Shown piece after piece: positions 23,191 to 35,700 of a DNA stretch of 64,000 nt. Origin of the DNA: Heteronotia binoei (taxonomy: Eukaryota); assembly GCF_032191835.1 (NCBI RefSeq), contig NC_083242.1:38192001-38256000 (forward strand), in the 5' to 3' direction. A program made the translations under genes and the position numbers. Every line of letters begins with the position of its first letter. The stretch's first letter is position 1. The notes beneath the pieces were generated by a model, which searched no databases, had not been told where the DNA came from, and was given only the letters and a program-made list of their open reading frames with translations.

Positions 23191-23274
23191 CTGTAGATGA
23201 AGAGGTACATCTCCTTGTATTTCTCCCGCCCAAGCGGCTCACTGATGATGTATTCGTAGGAGTTCTTGGAGGCT
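23191..23274 (-). CDS. DNASE1L2: DNASE1L2-like exon 3 (ASKNSYEYIISEPLGREKYKEMYLFIYR)
   Basis: 84 nt; YKEMYLF as in human DNASE1L2. Confidence 0.9.
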
Positions 23275-23809
23275 CTGTGGGGTGAGAGGGAGAAGGTGGG
23301 CGGGGGGCTGCAAGTCCCTTCCCTTCCCTTGCCCAGCAGACCAACTCCTCCTCTCCTCCCCCACTCCCCCGCAGCTGCTGAGCTACAGGCCAGCCTCTCT
23401 TCCGTGGGCCAACAGCCCTTCCAACCCAAGTCAGGCCTGAGCAGGTGCCTTCTGGGCATGAGGAAGTTGGCATATTCGCCCAGGGAAGCACACGGTGGCC
23501 TGGCTGGAGAGAGGAGCTACCCCAGAGAGGGGCCCTCCTTCTAGTTAAGGGAGAGCTGGTTAATTCCCTAATGGTTAACCAAAGAGGAAGCTCTAACCAT
23601 CTGCTGACTCAGAGCCAAGCTGATCGGGCTGGACCACGCCTCCTTCCTTCCCATTCTCTCGGTCCTTTTCTGGGGGTTGTACAAGTTAGGATGTTTGGCT
23701 GGGACAGACTTTGTGTGGTGCAGAATCCAGGCTCAAGCAAGACACGGGGGAAAGAAAGGCCCCATACTGTGCTTCCGTTTGCCCCTCCCACCAGCTCCCT
23801 TGGCGCACC

Positions 23810-24170
23810 TGTTGAGCTTCTGTCTGCCTGTCCCACGATAAGAACTTGAGAAGCCAATGGCACATCCAGTCCAACACAGTTGCCCAAACCCAGGTGCCAT
23901 CAGGGGGCCAGAACTTCAGAAGCCCTCCCACTGTTGCACCCCCCCCCCCCCGCAGCACCAAGAAGACAGAGAATCCCTGCCCCCGGCAGAGTGCTCCATT
24001 TATACCTTGCAGCTAATAACCACTGATGGACCTCTGCTCCAGATGTTGACCTAGCCCCCTCCTGAAGCTGTCTGTGCTTGCAGCCACCACCACTTCCGGC
24101 AGCACTGAATTCCATTCGTGAATGGCTATTCGGGTGAAGAAGGACTTCCTTTGACCTGTTCTAATGCCAC
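23810..24170. mobile_element. Rearranged CR1 3' fragments in DNASE1L2 intron 2
   Basis: Pieces matching the CR1 3' UTR and ORF2 end seen elsewhere in the window. Confidence 0.65.
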
Positions 24171-24269
24171 TTGGCGCCCCTGTTGAATTTCTGCCTGCCC
24201 TTTCTGCAGTTTTCCATGGCACACCAGTTGAGCTTCTGCCTGCCCCTCCCACCATGTCCTTTGACGCAC

Positions 24270-24358
24270 CTGTTGAGCTGCTCCATCAAGGTGGTGACAG
24301 CACTGAGGTCTGAGTCACGCACCTCTTGCACCAGAGCGATGTCGTAGCGGGAGAGGAT
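24270..24358 (-). CDS. DNASE1L2: DNASE1L2-like exon 2 (ILSRYDIALVQEVRDSDLSAVTTLMEQLN)
   Basis: 89 nt; catalytic QEVRD; MEQLN matches human L2 MEQIN. Confidence 0.9.
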
Positions 24359-24988
24359 CTGGAACGAGCACACGTGTTCAGGGACGAGCAGTGGGTTAGT
24401 GCGCCTGGGGGGTGGGGTGCTCTTTCCCTGCGTGTTTTAATATCTCCCCTCAGCCAACACATTTCCCTCCTCCGCCTCCTCCATGTGAGGCTGAGAGGGG
24501 GCTGTGGGGCCAGTGAAGTGGGGATTTGTGTCTCTGTGGTCCTACCAGCCCTCGTGATGGGCCTCCCAGTGGCTTCCATTTGCCTCCTCATTTTCAGGAT
24601 GGGGGTGTGTTTGGGATGCCAGCAGCCTCCAGGTGGGACCTGGAGAACTCCTGGAATCACAGCCAGTCCTCAGACTGCAAAGGTCAGTCCCCCTGCAGAA
24701 AACTTTGGAGGGTGGACTCTCCAGCACTGAATGTTGGCAGCCTTGGTGTGTCTGTGTGTCCGCTTGATTCTTCCTTCTCGCCTCTCGTCAGAGGCAGGGT
24801 GAAGACAGTCCCTTGGGGAATGTGCAGAATGTGTTTTTCCCCACCCTCTTCTGGGGGCTTGTGGTGGGGGGAGTTGAGAGGTACAGTGTTGGAGCCCAGC
24901 CCCTCTTTGTTTCCAACCAGTCTGTTCTCACAGAAGGGCAGGTGGAGGGGCTCCAGCTTCATCTCCCCCCTCCCAGGCCCGCACTCAC

Positions 24989-25129
24989 CTTAACAATGAC
25001 CTTTGTGACGACTTCATTGTCCGCTTTGTTGTCCCCAAAAGTCTGGATGTTGAAGGCACAGATCCGCAAGGCGCTGGCTGCGTGCAGCAGAGCAGCCAGG
25101 GAGGGGAGAATGAGCAGCCCCCACTTCAT
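24989..25129 (-). CDS. DNASE1L2: DNASE1L2-like coding exon 1 (signal peptide MKWGLLILPSLAALLHAASA + LRICAFNIQTFGD...)
   Basis: DNase I family N-terminus; NIQ (Q9) as in human DNASE1L2; an upstream acceptor (~25145) implies a non-coding first exon. Confidence 0.85.
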
Positions 25130-25860
25130 GGCCCTTCTTCCCCCCTGGGAAGAGACACGGGGAGGAGGAGAAGGCAGTTACGGGTGCGGGGGGGGGGAAG
25201 CTCCCCCAACCCACTCTGCATTGCTGGGCGTGGCAGCTGCCCCATGTGTCATTTCATTTCATTCATTACCCTTCTAGCCTGGTCTCCTCTCTGTGCCAAC
25301 GGAAGGAGGGCAGGAAGAGAAGAGAGCCACAGTCCTCCGGGAAGGAGCTTTTGTGAATCGCCACTCACTTCTTCAGACACCTGGACACCATTTTTGTTAG
25401 TCTTAACTGCCTACCTCTCAAGAGCTGAGAAACTGCCGGGCACCCAGGCTATGGGTCCTATCTGGGCATGTCTCATAGGATGCTTTGCAGTGAATGCCTG
25501 CTTGATTCGGAGCCACTAAGTTTAAACGGTCTTCGGGCCCTCAATTGAGGTGCGCTGGTAACTGTCCTAGCAAGGGCATAGAGCCAGTGCATAGCAGTTG
25601 TGTGTCAGTTTCGACACTGACTCCATGTATCCTGCCTTACAATAAACGCTTATCCAAACCAATGTTAGGGTTAGGGTTAAGCTGCGGAGTCTTGGGAGCA
25701 GAAATTCTACTTCGTGAGCTGCTGGCATGAAAGGTGTGAGCTCCTGCATCGACGAGCTTGCTCTGGGGCCATTTTTCATGAGCTAAGACAAAAACGTGTG
25801 AGCCAGAGGCTACAAAAACTGTGAACTGGCTCGCACTAACTCAGCTTAGAGGGAACACTG

Positions 25861-25920
<60 letters not shown>
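25861..25920. repeat. (AAT)20 microsatellite (LINE tail)
   Basis: Directly visible. Confidence 0.95.
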
Positions 25921-25923
<3 letters not shown>

Positions 25924-26530
25924 TTTATTTGTATCCCGCCCTCCCCGCAAGCAGGCTCAGGGCGGCTCACAACATGTAAATACAGTATACAATAAAACCA
26001 TGTGCAATCAATTATAAATTCATATACAATTTCAATTATAAAATCATCCTTAAAATCATTAAAATTACATTAGACAAGATTATGGTGCTATAATTAAGAT
26101 CTTCCATAAAATCCAGTGATTAAAACATAGAACATATCCAACAGGTCTTTCTTGGCTCGGTTTATGTGAAGGCTATTTTAAAGAGGTGGGTCTTACAGGC
26201 CCTGCGGAATTGATCTAAGCATCGCAGGGCCCGTACCTCCTCCGGGAGCTGATTCCACAGTAGGGGGGCCGCTACAGAGAAGGCCCGGTCCCGGGTAGAC
26301 TTCAATCTGGCCTCCTTTGGCCCAGGGATATTCAGCTGGTTCTTTCCAGCTGACCTCAGCGCTCTCTGGGGTTCATGCGGGGAGAGACGGTCCCTCAAGT
26401 AGACAGGTCCTCGGCCATATAGGGCTTTCAAGGTAATAACCAGCACCTTGTAACGAACTCGGTACGCCACCGGCAGCCAGTGCGTTCTGCACCAGCTGCA
26501 GCCGCCGAGTTCGGCACAGGGGCAGCCCCA
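25861..26530 (-). mobile_element. L2-clade LINE 3' fragment with (ATT)n tail
   Basis: HWLPVAYRVRYKVLVITLKALYG...WNQLP peptide; (AAT)n at 25861-25920. Confidence 0.85.
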
Positions 26531-29500
26531 TGATCCAAACTCATGGAGAGTCATAATTATTGAAGGAAACCAGGACTTGACATAGTGTCGAAACTGACAC
26601 ACAGCTGCTATGCACTGGTTCTATGCCCTTGCAAGGACGGTTACAAGCACACCTCAATTTAGGGCCCGAAGACCGTTTAAACTTAGTGGCTCCAAATCAA
26701 GCAGACATTCACTACAAAGCATCCTAAGAGACATCCCCATATAGAAGCCGTGGCCTTGCGCCCAGCAGTTTCCCAGCTCTCAAGAGGTAGGCAGTGAAGT
26801 TTCCTTTCTCCAGCAGCTGAAGCGTGCATTCCTTAGGTCACATCAAACAGACACAGAAAACAATGAGGGACCTGACCAAAGGCTCTTTCCTACTGCTACA
26901 AAGAGACTCACCCAGCCACCCACCTTGACCTATCTCTGCGGAAGGAGGGCAGGTCCCCCAACATACCCCAAAGGGAACAGCATCACCTCTAGAACTGCCA
27001 GGCGTCCACCAGCTGGTAAAGGCCGAGGAGTCCCAGGGGACCCCAAAGCCCCCTCATCCCGACCCCCACACTGGGAAGTGGGGGAGGTCACCAGGAAGAC
27101 CTTCCAGCTTCTAAACTGATCTCTCAAGCTGCCCTGTTGACATTAGTTTGATCTACACGTGATTCTTCCTTAGATGCTATTTATACCCCTCTTGTGCCCT
27201 GAAAGGGCTTGCCACAACGTTCTTTTCTCCTCCATTGCAACCCACAACAACCCTGTGAGGAAGGCGATGCTGAGAGAGAGAGAGAGAGAGAGAGCGACTG
27301 TCCCAAGGTCACCCAGCAAGCTGCCAAGACCCAAGTGGGGGATTCAAGCCTGGAGTCTCGCCATGACCCCACAGAGGCTCTCATGAGCGTCAGACCCAGG
27401 GGATCGGAACATTTGTGAGAGCCAAGGTGATGCAAAGCCCCAGGTTTGAATCCTGCCTCTGCCTTGGAAGCTGCCTGAGTGACCTGGGGCCAATCACACA
27501 CTCCCAGCCTCGCCTACCTCACAGGGTGGTTGTTCTGAGGATAAAACGGAGGAGGAGGAGGCAAGCTGCTTTGGTTCCCCACTTGGGAGAAAGATGACCT
27601 GTTTTGGCTTCCCACTTCTGTTAAAGAGACAGAGCAGGATCCAGCCCATGTTTGCTCAGGCCTTCCTGGCTGAATAATAAGGCCTGATTCAGGCACCATC
27701 TCCATCATCGCTGAGCCATCAAAGGTGTGTCTCTCTTGCTGCTGAACGAAGGGCTCCAAGGCCAGACGGACACATTTTGGGAAGAGAAGCTGGGCGTCGT
27801 CTGGCACTGCCCAGGGAGGGAGGGGGCTCCTTCGTAGTGGCTCCAAAGCTCCAGGCAGAGGCACAAAGAACTTCAAAGTGATGCCCTAAAGATCACATTG
27901 GGTTGTATGGGGATGATGTGCCATCCAGGGAAAGGGGGCAGTGTCTCCCCTTACATCCCCCAAAAGAAGATTTGGGGTGGGCTGGATCATATCTTCCCAG
28001 ATTCCCTGCACAGATTCTGTGTGCAGATATTGAACCTTCTTGGTGCCCAAACTGAGGCAGGGGGACTGTCTCTGCAAGGCGCCGTCCTCAGAGTCCAGGA
28101 ATTCAGGCACCCAACTTTGACTCTCTTGTTGCCCAAACCGGCTGGCATGTGCCTCCGCTTCTTAACGTTCAGCCAGACTTTGGACAAGAAGTCAACAAAC
28201 AAAGGAAACTGTGTTCTATGGTACACTATGCTTAAAGTATGCAAACACTCCCATCAAAATTGTGCAAATAATATTGTTATACAATATAACAAATAATTGA
28301 CACAAAAGTCCCAAAGGCTCAACTGTATAGAAGCAATGTCCTTGAAGTAACAGCAAAGTGGTCTTCCTCAAGGTTATTAACTGTGTCTTTAAAGTAAGTA
28401 GATATCCTTGTAGAACTAATACGGTGTGTAAAAAAAAAGGTAAAGGTAGTCCCCTGTGCAAGCACCAGTCACTTCCAACTCCGGGGTGACATCGCATCAC
28501 AACATTTTCACGGCAGACTTTTTATGGAGTGGTTTGCCGTTGCCTTCCCCAGTCACCTACACTTTCCCCCAGCAAGCTGGGGACTCCTTTTACCAACCTC
28601 AGATGGAAGGCTGAGTCAACCTCAAGCCAGCTACCTGAATCCAGCTTCTGCCGGGATCAAACTCAGGTTGTGAGCAAAGCTCGGACTGCAGTACTGCAGC
28701 TTTACCACTCTGCACCACGAGTGGGTAGAAGTCTCCAAATACAAACATAACTTTGGGTCCCCTTGTGGGGCAGAGTTCCCAGGGTTCAGGAATGCATGAT
28801 TGGTCCCAAAATTATTTTGGGGTGCAGACAGAGCTCTTTAGGTATCGTCCCTGTTCAAGGTTGGATTAGCAAAGGAGGACCTGGGAACCAGCTGCAGCCT
28901 CTCTGGCCACAGAACCCTTCATGCAGAGACGGTGCTCCGAATGGCCACACCAGAGGGAGCTCCTGAGACTCGCCCGATGTCCCTGCCTAAGGATGTCCTG
29001 TCTTTCGCTGACCTGTGAAGCTGCCCAAAACGGAGTCAGATCAGAGGTCTGCCTTGCCCACGTATCCTGCCAAGTTTGCTTGCATCACCCGGTCCTTTCA
29101 ACTGGAAATGCTGGCAGGGACTGAACTGGGGACCTTCTGCCTGCCAAGAAGAGGCTCTGCCCCTCAGCTCCAAGTCCCCCCTCTCATGGACACATGAAGC
29201 TGTGAATCAGCCCCCCCTGGGCCCATTCAAGTCAATCCTGTCTGCTCAGACCGGCAGCTGTTCTCCAGGGTCTCAGGCACAAACAGGTCTTTCCCCTCAC
29301 CTCCTGCCTGGTCCTTTCACCTGGATGTCATAGAATCACAGAATTCTAGAGTTGGAAGGGACCTCTAGGGTCATCTAGTCCTACCCCCCTGCACAATGCA
29401 GGAAACTCACAAACACCCCCCCTCAAAAAAAATGGCCAGGGATTGAACCCGGGACTTTCTGCATGCTGAGCAGAGGCTCTACCTACCCCACAGCCCTCCA

Positions 29501-30734
29501 AAAGCTGCTCAGCAACCTGTGGAACCAAAGGCTGTGCCTCAGATCTCTTGCTCACACGTCCCTTTGATATCTTGCAGCATCCCTCGTTCCAAAGCAAAGG
29601 GGTGTTCTGGCTAAAGGAAGCAACAGTCCTCCACCAGCCCTGGGCTTCTAACTGGGAGCCCTCAAATCAGAGCCCCCCTCTTGAGGACCCCACTCTGAGA
29701 AACGTCCCTGTGGCTTCCCAGAACCCGCTCGCTCCCTCAGATCTTCCCAGGCTGCTCAGTCACACCTCCGAGCAGGACTTTTCCCCTGGCTGGGCTCACA
29801 TGCCTGACAGGCCGAAGTTCTGCAGGAGCAGCACTGCTTCGCCTTGCTAATGGAAGCTTCACCTTCTGAACACCTGAACATAAGAACAGAAGAGAAGCCA
29901 TGTTGGATCAGGCCAATGGCCCATCCAGTCCAACACTGTGTCACACAGTGGCAAAAAATTGTATATATACACACACACTGTGGCTAATAGCCACTGATGG
30001 ACCTGTGCTCCATATTTTTATCTATAAGAACCTGGGACCTGCCTGCCTCCTGGGGGAGACGGGAGCCACAGTTTCCACCACCACTTGCTCTGCCTGCTTG
30101 ACATCTTTTGCAAACGTTCCCTGTGGGAGGCTCAGAAAGATACAACTTGTTTCCCATCCTTCCCATCCTCCCTCTTAGCTGGAGGGCAGAGGCTGCCAAG
30201 AAGCTGTGCAGGCCCCCTCCCCAAAAGATAAAGCAAAGGAGCAATTTTAAGCAGCTGCCCCTACCTACTGTGCTCTTCACCGGCAGTCCCAGAAGGCTTC
30301 TGGAAGATCCCTGAACACCAACACCCCACAGCCTGATTCCTCCAGCTGGAAGACTCTGTCAAGCTGCCGGGGTGGGGTGGGGGAGCACATCCAGACTCCC
30401 CACCCACCCCCGGTGCATCATCCAGCACCTGACTGCCGTTTCTCTTCTGGGAAGGATGCAAGGGCTGTTCCCGGGGTGGGTGGAGCCCGTCCTGAGCACT
30501 GCAAGCCCCACCTCGCTCGGGGGAAGCTGATGAGTTGTGCAACTGGGGATGCCAAATACTGCTGAGGTGGCAGAGCACTCCTTGGCAAAGCTGCAGGGCT
30601 GGGCTGGGGGCTGGGGGGGGCTGCCACTGCCTTTTGCTCCCTTGCAGAGCATGACAGAAATCCAGCAGGTGAAGTTCTCCCCCACACCTGGCATGAAGGT
30701 CTGCTGGAAGCTTCACCAGCTGAATGTGGGGCAC

Positions 30735-31735
30735 TCCATGAAATTGCTGAGCGGGAATAAGAGGAAGTCCTTCTTCACCCAAAGGGCGATTGACACATGG
30801 AATTCACTGCCACAGGAGGTGGTGGCGGCTGCAAGCAGAGACGGCTTCAAGAGGGGATTGGGTCAACATCTGGAGCAGGGGTCCATCAGCAGCTGTTAGC
30901 CACAGCATATTGTTGGAACTCTCTGTCTGGGGCGGGGCAGGGATGTTGGAACTTTCTGTCTGGAGCAGGGATGCTCTGTATTTTTGGTGCTTGGGGGGCA
31001 AGAGTGGGAGGGCTTCTGGAGTTCTGGCCCCACTGGTGGACCTCCTGATGGCACCTGAGTTTTTTGGCCACTGTGTGACACAGAGTGGTGGACGGGATGG
31101 GCCATTGGCCTGATCCAAGATGGCTTCTCTTATGTACTTATGTGACACAGAGTGTTGAACTGGATGGGCCACTGGCCTGATCCAACAGGGCTTCTCTTAT
31201 GTTCTTATGTGACACAGAGTGTTGGACTGGATGGGCCATTGGCCTGATCCAACAGGGCTTCTCTTATGTGACACAGAGTGTTGGACTGGAGGGGCCACTG
31301 GCCTGATCCAACATGGCTTCTCTTATGCTCTTATGTGACACAGAGTGTTGGACTGGAGGGGCCACTGGCCTGATCCAACATGGCTTCTCTTATGTTCTTA
31401 TGTGACACAGAGTGGTGGACGGGATGGGCCATTGGCCTGATCCAACATGGCTTCTCTTATGTTCTCAAGTGACACAGAGTGTTGGAGTGGATGGGCCATT
31501 GGCCTGATCCATCATGGCTTCTCTTATGTTCTTATGTGACACAGAGTGTTGGACTGGATGGGCCATTGGCCTGATCCAACAGGGCTTCTCTTATGTTCTT
31601 CTGTGACACCAAGTGTTGGACTGGAGGGGCCACTGGCCTGATCCAACAGGGCTTCTCTTATGTTCTTCTGTGACACAGAGTGGTGGACGGGATGGGCCAT
31701 TGGCCTGATCCAAGATGGCTTCTCTTATGTTCTTA
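30735..31735 (+). mobile_element. CR1 3' fragment ending in a tandem array of its terminal ~67 bp
   Basis: KRKSFFTQRAIDTWNSLP peptide, then about 10 copies of GTGACACAGAGTG...GGCTTCTCTTATGTTCTTAT. Confidence 0.9.
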
Positions 31736-32262
31736 CGTTGGCCTGACAGAAAAAGAAATGGCAGCCTTGCTGGTCTATAACAGAGTGACTGGCACGGGGG
31801 GGGTTTTTGCATCCATTTGCTGCCGTTCTTAACATCAAATCATCTATAAGCCGTGAATGCACAACAGAACTACGTGGATGGAAAGACGCGACAATACGAA
31901 GTGTCTCAGAGCAATGCCGTGCCCAGGGGTAGGGGTGGGGGTGGGGGGGGGCAGGCTCATCTCCATGGGAAGCAGAGAGTCTTGAAAGCAAGCTGGGACT
32001 TCCACACTTATTAATCTGTACCCCTCCCATTCAAGCTATGTGCCTGTAATAGAGCGGGTTCTTAGGCACTGAAGAGGCGAGGTGGTCGTGAGAACAAGCC
32101 CTTTATTGAGTACAGCATAGTGGTGGCTGCACTAACGGAACTGGCGAATGGGACCCGCTCTGTGCCCTGGGTTCCCGCACAAGCACATGACTGGGTCATT
32201 CAAACCAGCCAGGGGCCTGTGATTGGAGCAGGGCATTCATGGATCCTGCTGCCTGTTGTTCC

Positions 32263-32769
32263 TAGGGTTGCCAAGTCCAATTCAAGAAATATCTGGGGAC
32301 TTTGGGGGTGCAGCCAGGAGACATTAGGGGTGGAGCCAAGATCAAGGCTGTGGCAAGCATAATTGAACTCCAAAGGGAGTTCTGGCCATCACATTTAAAG
32401 GGACAGCACACCTTTTCAATTCCTTCCTTCCATAGGAAATAATGGATAGGTGCACCTTCTTTTGGGGCTCATAGAATTGGACCCCCTGGTCCAATCATTT
32501 TGAAAATAGGGTTTTTTTGGGGGGAGAGGCACTAGATGCTATACTGAAAATTTGGTGCCTCTACCCCAAAAAACAGCACCCCCAGAGCCCCAGATACCCA
32601 CAGATCAATTCTCCATGATTTTCTATGGGAATAAATCTCCATAGGGAATAATAGAGTTCCCAGCAGACATTTCCCTCCCCCACCCCGCTTTCTAACAAGC
32701 CTGAAGCGGGGGGGGGAGGGCCTCCAAACCGGGGGATCCCCTGCCCCCACCTGGGGATTGGCAACACCA
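32263..32769. mobile_element. ~500-bp hAT (Blackjack-like) MITE
   Basis: TIR TAGGGTTGCCAA; perfect TSD GTTGTTCC; other copies at ~21026-21522, 36045-36528, 49045-49551 and 52916-53424. Confidence 0.85.
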
Positions 32770-35700
32770 GTTGTTCCTAAGTCCCCAAGCTCAGGCCTAA
32801 AGGCTCCAAGGAGCCCGGCAGGAACACGGTCAATAACAATACCGACTCACATACATAACAGTGCGCCCCTGGCAAAGAGTCTGCTTCCCCACCCCTGCCC
32901 CATGGCTTGGAAGTACGTGGTCTTCTAGCCTCTGGCCCCACTCTGTGCCTTACAGGAAAGGAAGTCAATGGTACATCAGCACAAGCACCCTGCCGGATTA
33001 AACCCTGTGGAGGCCCCCAGGCAGTCAAAACCTCAGGGGAGGGGGCTTGCAAATGATCTCAGAGTCAGAGCATCCACCTCGCTGCAGCCTGCAGGCCCCT
33101 TCTCCAAAGCCCCTTGGACAAAGCTGCGGCGGAGAGGCAGAGAGAGGCAAACTTGGCGATGACACCAGCAGCAGCTGCCCCAGGCAAGTGGGCCAAAAAG
33201 CGGCTCAGTTGCTGGCTGCGTGTGCAGGCTGGGAGGGCTGCAAGGAAGGAGAAAACTGGGGTGGGGGGAGCCAGTCCTGGGGCCCCATAGGCCAGGGCCT
33301 AGTTGGCCTAATTGTTAATCTGGCAAGCCGACATTTCACCTACAACATGAAACCCTGCCTCAAGTCCTGAATGTGTCAAAGGAAAGGCTGGGCATATAGA
33401 TATATCCCAGATAAATCAATCAATGACGGTGTTCTAATAGCGATGAACTTGTCTGCCATGCAGAGCCAACAAATCGAGAGCTCTCAAGGAATGGTGTTTT
33501 CCCCAAAATGCTCTCGGGTTCTCAGAACGAGGAGATCTAACAAACAAGCTGGACTAGTTTCTTCTGAGCGAGGGAGAAAGGAATCCAGGCTGGGTGGAAT
33601 CCTGCGGAAACCTGAAAAACACCCCTGAGTCGTTCCGAACACTCCGGAGACGTCAGTTCCCGACTTTGTCTGGCCTCTTTCTGAATTTGGGTTGATGCTG
33701 GGAGGGTGGAGGGGACCAGCTGTCCGCCTGAGGTTGCCGTGACCAAGCCCAGATGAATGTGGGATGTGGGGGGGGGGAGGTCAGGAGAACCTCTGGGTTT
33801 AAATGGACCCAAGAGAGCCAAGGGTACTGCTGAATTCTGGCCCCACGTCCTCGGACTTCTTCCAAAGGAGTTTTTTTGGGGAGGCTCAGTTGTCAGGTGT
33901 TCACAAGCCCCTTTGCAGGGCTCCCCAGAAAGTCTCTCCATAGCTTCTCGGCTGGCCATTTTCTCTGGCTGTTCCTCTTCAGAGCCCAGGGTGGTTCCCC
34001 CCTCCCTCCTCCATTTTATCATCACAACAACCTTGTAAGGGAGGCAAAGCAGAGAGGGTGAATGCCCAAGATCTCACAGACTGCCTGAGTCTCCCCCAGT
34101 CCATCCCTCTCCACTATGACCCCACCTTGGCAGGATAATGTTGCTGCAATTCACCTTGCTTAGCATGCCCCCCCCCAATAAAAGAAGTGGGTGCAGACAG
34201 AACCAGTACCTCAAGAGCAGAGCTTGCTACAGTGTGCATTCACACACATGCACGCACACACACCCCTGCCCAGGGAAGCTGACTTTTATGGTGGGTCAGT
34301 TGAACAAACCCGATCCCTTTCACAACAGGGGTGTCCATCCACTGGGGCCTGACATACGGTGTTTTTCAAAAAGGAAACATGATTGCCCATGGGCCCACAC
34401 TATCGGGTTGCCTCACAGGAAAGATGCAATTTGTGTTGTGGTTGCTGATTTCGCATCCGGTACCAGTTCGTTTTTGATTGTCCAACAGGAAGGAGCTCTG
34501 CTGTTTGGCAACCCCCAGGAAGAGGGCAAAATAGGGAGGCCCCCCCCCAAATATATCCTGTTGGTTCCTTTGGGGCAAACCTGTCTGCCCGTGTCCCCAT
34601 CCACCTTATCTCCCGCTGCACCACACGTCTCCTTGGCCATTTCTTCACTCTGTCTGGACTCTGGAGCAGGGATGCTCTCTATTCTTGGTGCTTGGGAGGG
34701 GCAGCAGTGGGAGGAAAGAAGTGTCTCTTTGCAGCAAGGGAAAAAGATTGTGAAGTCACTGCTGGTCTCAGGGCTGATACCCTTTTATTTAATGCGGACT
34801 TCTAAATATCTGCTTCAAATAAAATTCTAGTGAACCAAAATGACAGCCAATCATCTTTGTGTGTTTTGGAAATCAAGTGTGCAAATCTTTGCCACATGAC
34901 CTGCCCCTCCCCCCATTAAGCAGCTACCCCCGGGGGCTCCCAGGAAGCCTTGTCCTCTTTTCACCCCCTCGGTGCCTTCACTTGCCTTTGGTTGGATCCA
35001 GGCCCAACTCGGGCTATTCTGCTTCAGGTTTCTCATGTTGCTGCCATTGAAAGAAGTCATTTTGCAGAAAAAGGGGTGCTGGAGCTCATTAGCACAACTC
35101 ATTTGCCAGTGCCACACACCCCTGATGTCACCGGAAGGTGGACTCAATTCTATCAGCTCAGGAGGAGGAAAGGTCCCCTGCGCAAGCACCAGTCGTTCCC
35201 GACTCTGTGGTGATGTTACTTTCACAACATTTTCAAGGCAGACCTTTTACGGGGTGGTTTGCCAGTGCCTTCCCCAGTCATCTACGCTTTCCCCCCAGCA
35301 AGCTGAGGACTCATTTTACCGACCTCAGAAGGATGGAAGGCTGAGTCAACCTGGAGCCAGCTACCTGAAACCCAGCTTCCACCGAGGATCGAAGGTCATG
35401 AGCAAAGCTTAGGACTGCAGCTTTAACACTCCGTACCACAGGGCTGTCAGCTCAGAATCTACCTTAAAAGGCTTCTTGAATTAGAACTGTCATAATAAAA
35501 CCTGACTCCCTATCATACTTTTTAAATCACTTTCTCCTATGTGGCCCCAGTGGCATGAGGAAGATTTCCATCTCTCTGCTTTAGATGTTTGGGTTACTTC
35601 CTCATTACTTGTGGGGGAAAATATTAGAAAGTTTGTCAAATCTTAGAGTTGAGCAAAATTCTCACAAGGGGCTTGAGCAGTGGAGCCCAGAAGCAGTTGG

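Larger units (their letters stand above)
25406..26795. repeat. Inverted repeat pair (arms 25406-25618 and 26584-26795)
   Basis: Arms align as reverse complements; 10 mismatches in the inner 141 nt, including a 33-nt perfect stretch. Confidence 0.92.

Noticed and set aside
25665-25679. TTAGGGTTAGGGTTA as an interstitial telomere
   Set aside because: Only 2.5 units, within chance expectation; noted only as part of the inverted-repeat spacer.
34138-34830. 230-aa ORF between the DNase genes
   Set aside because: No recognisable homology, and its 3' part runs into CR1 3' UTR sequence.
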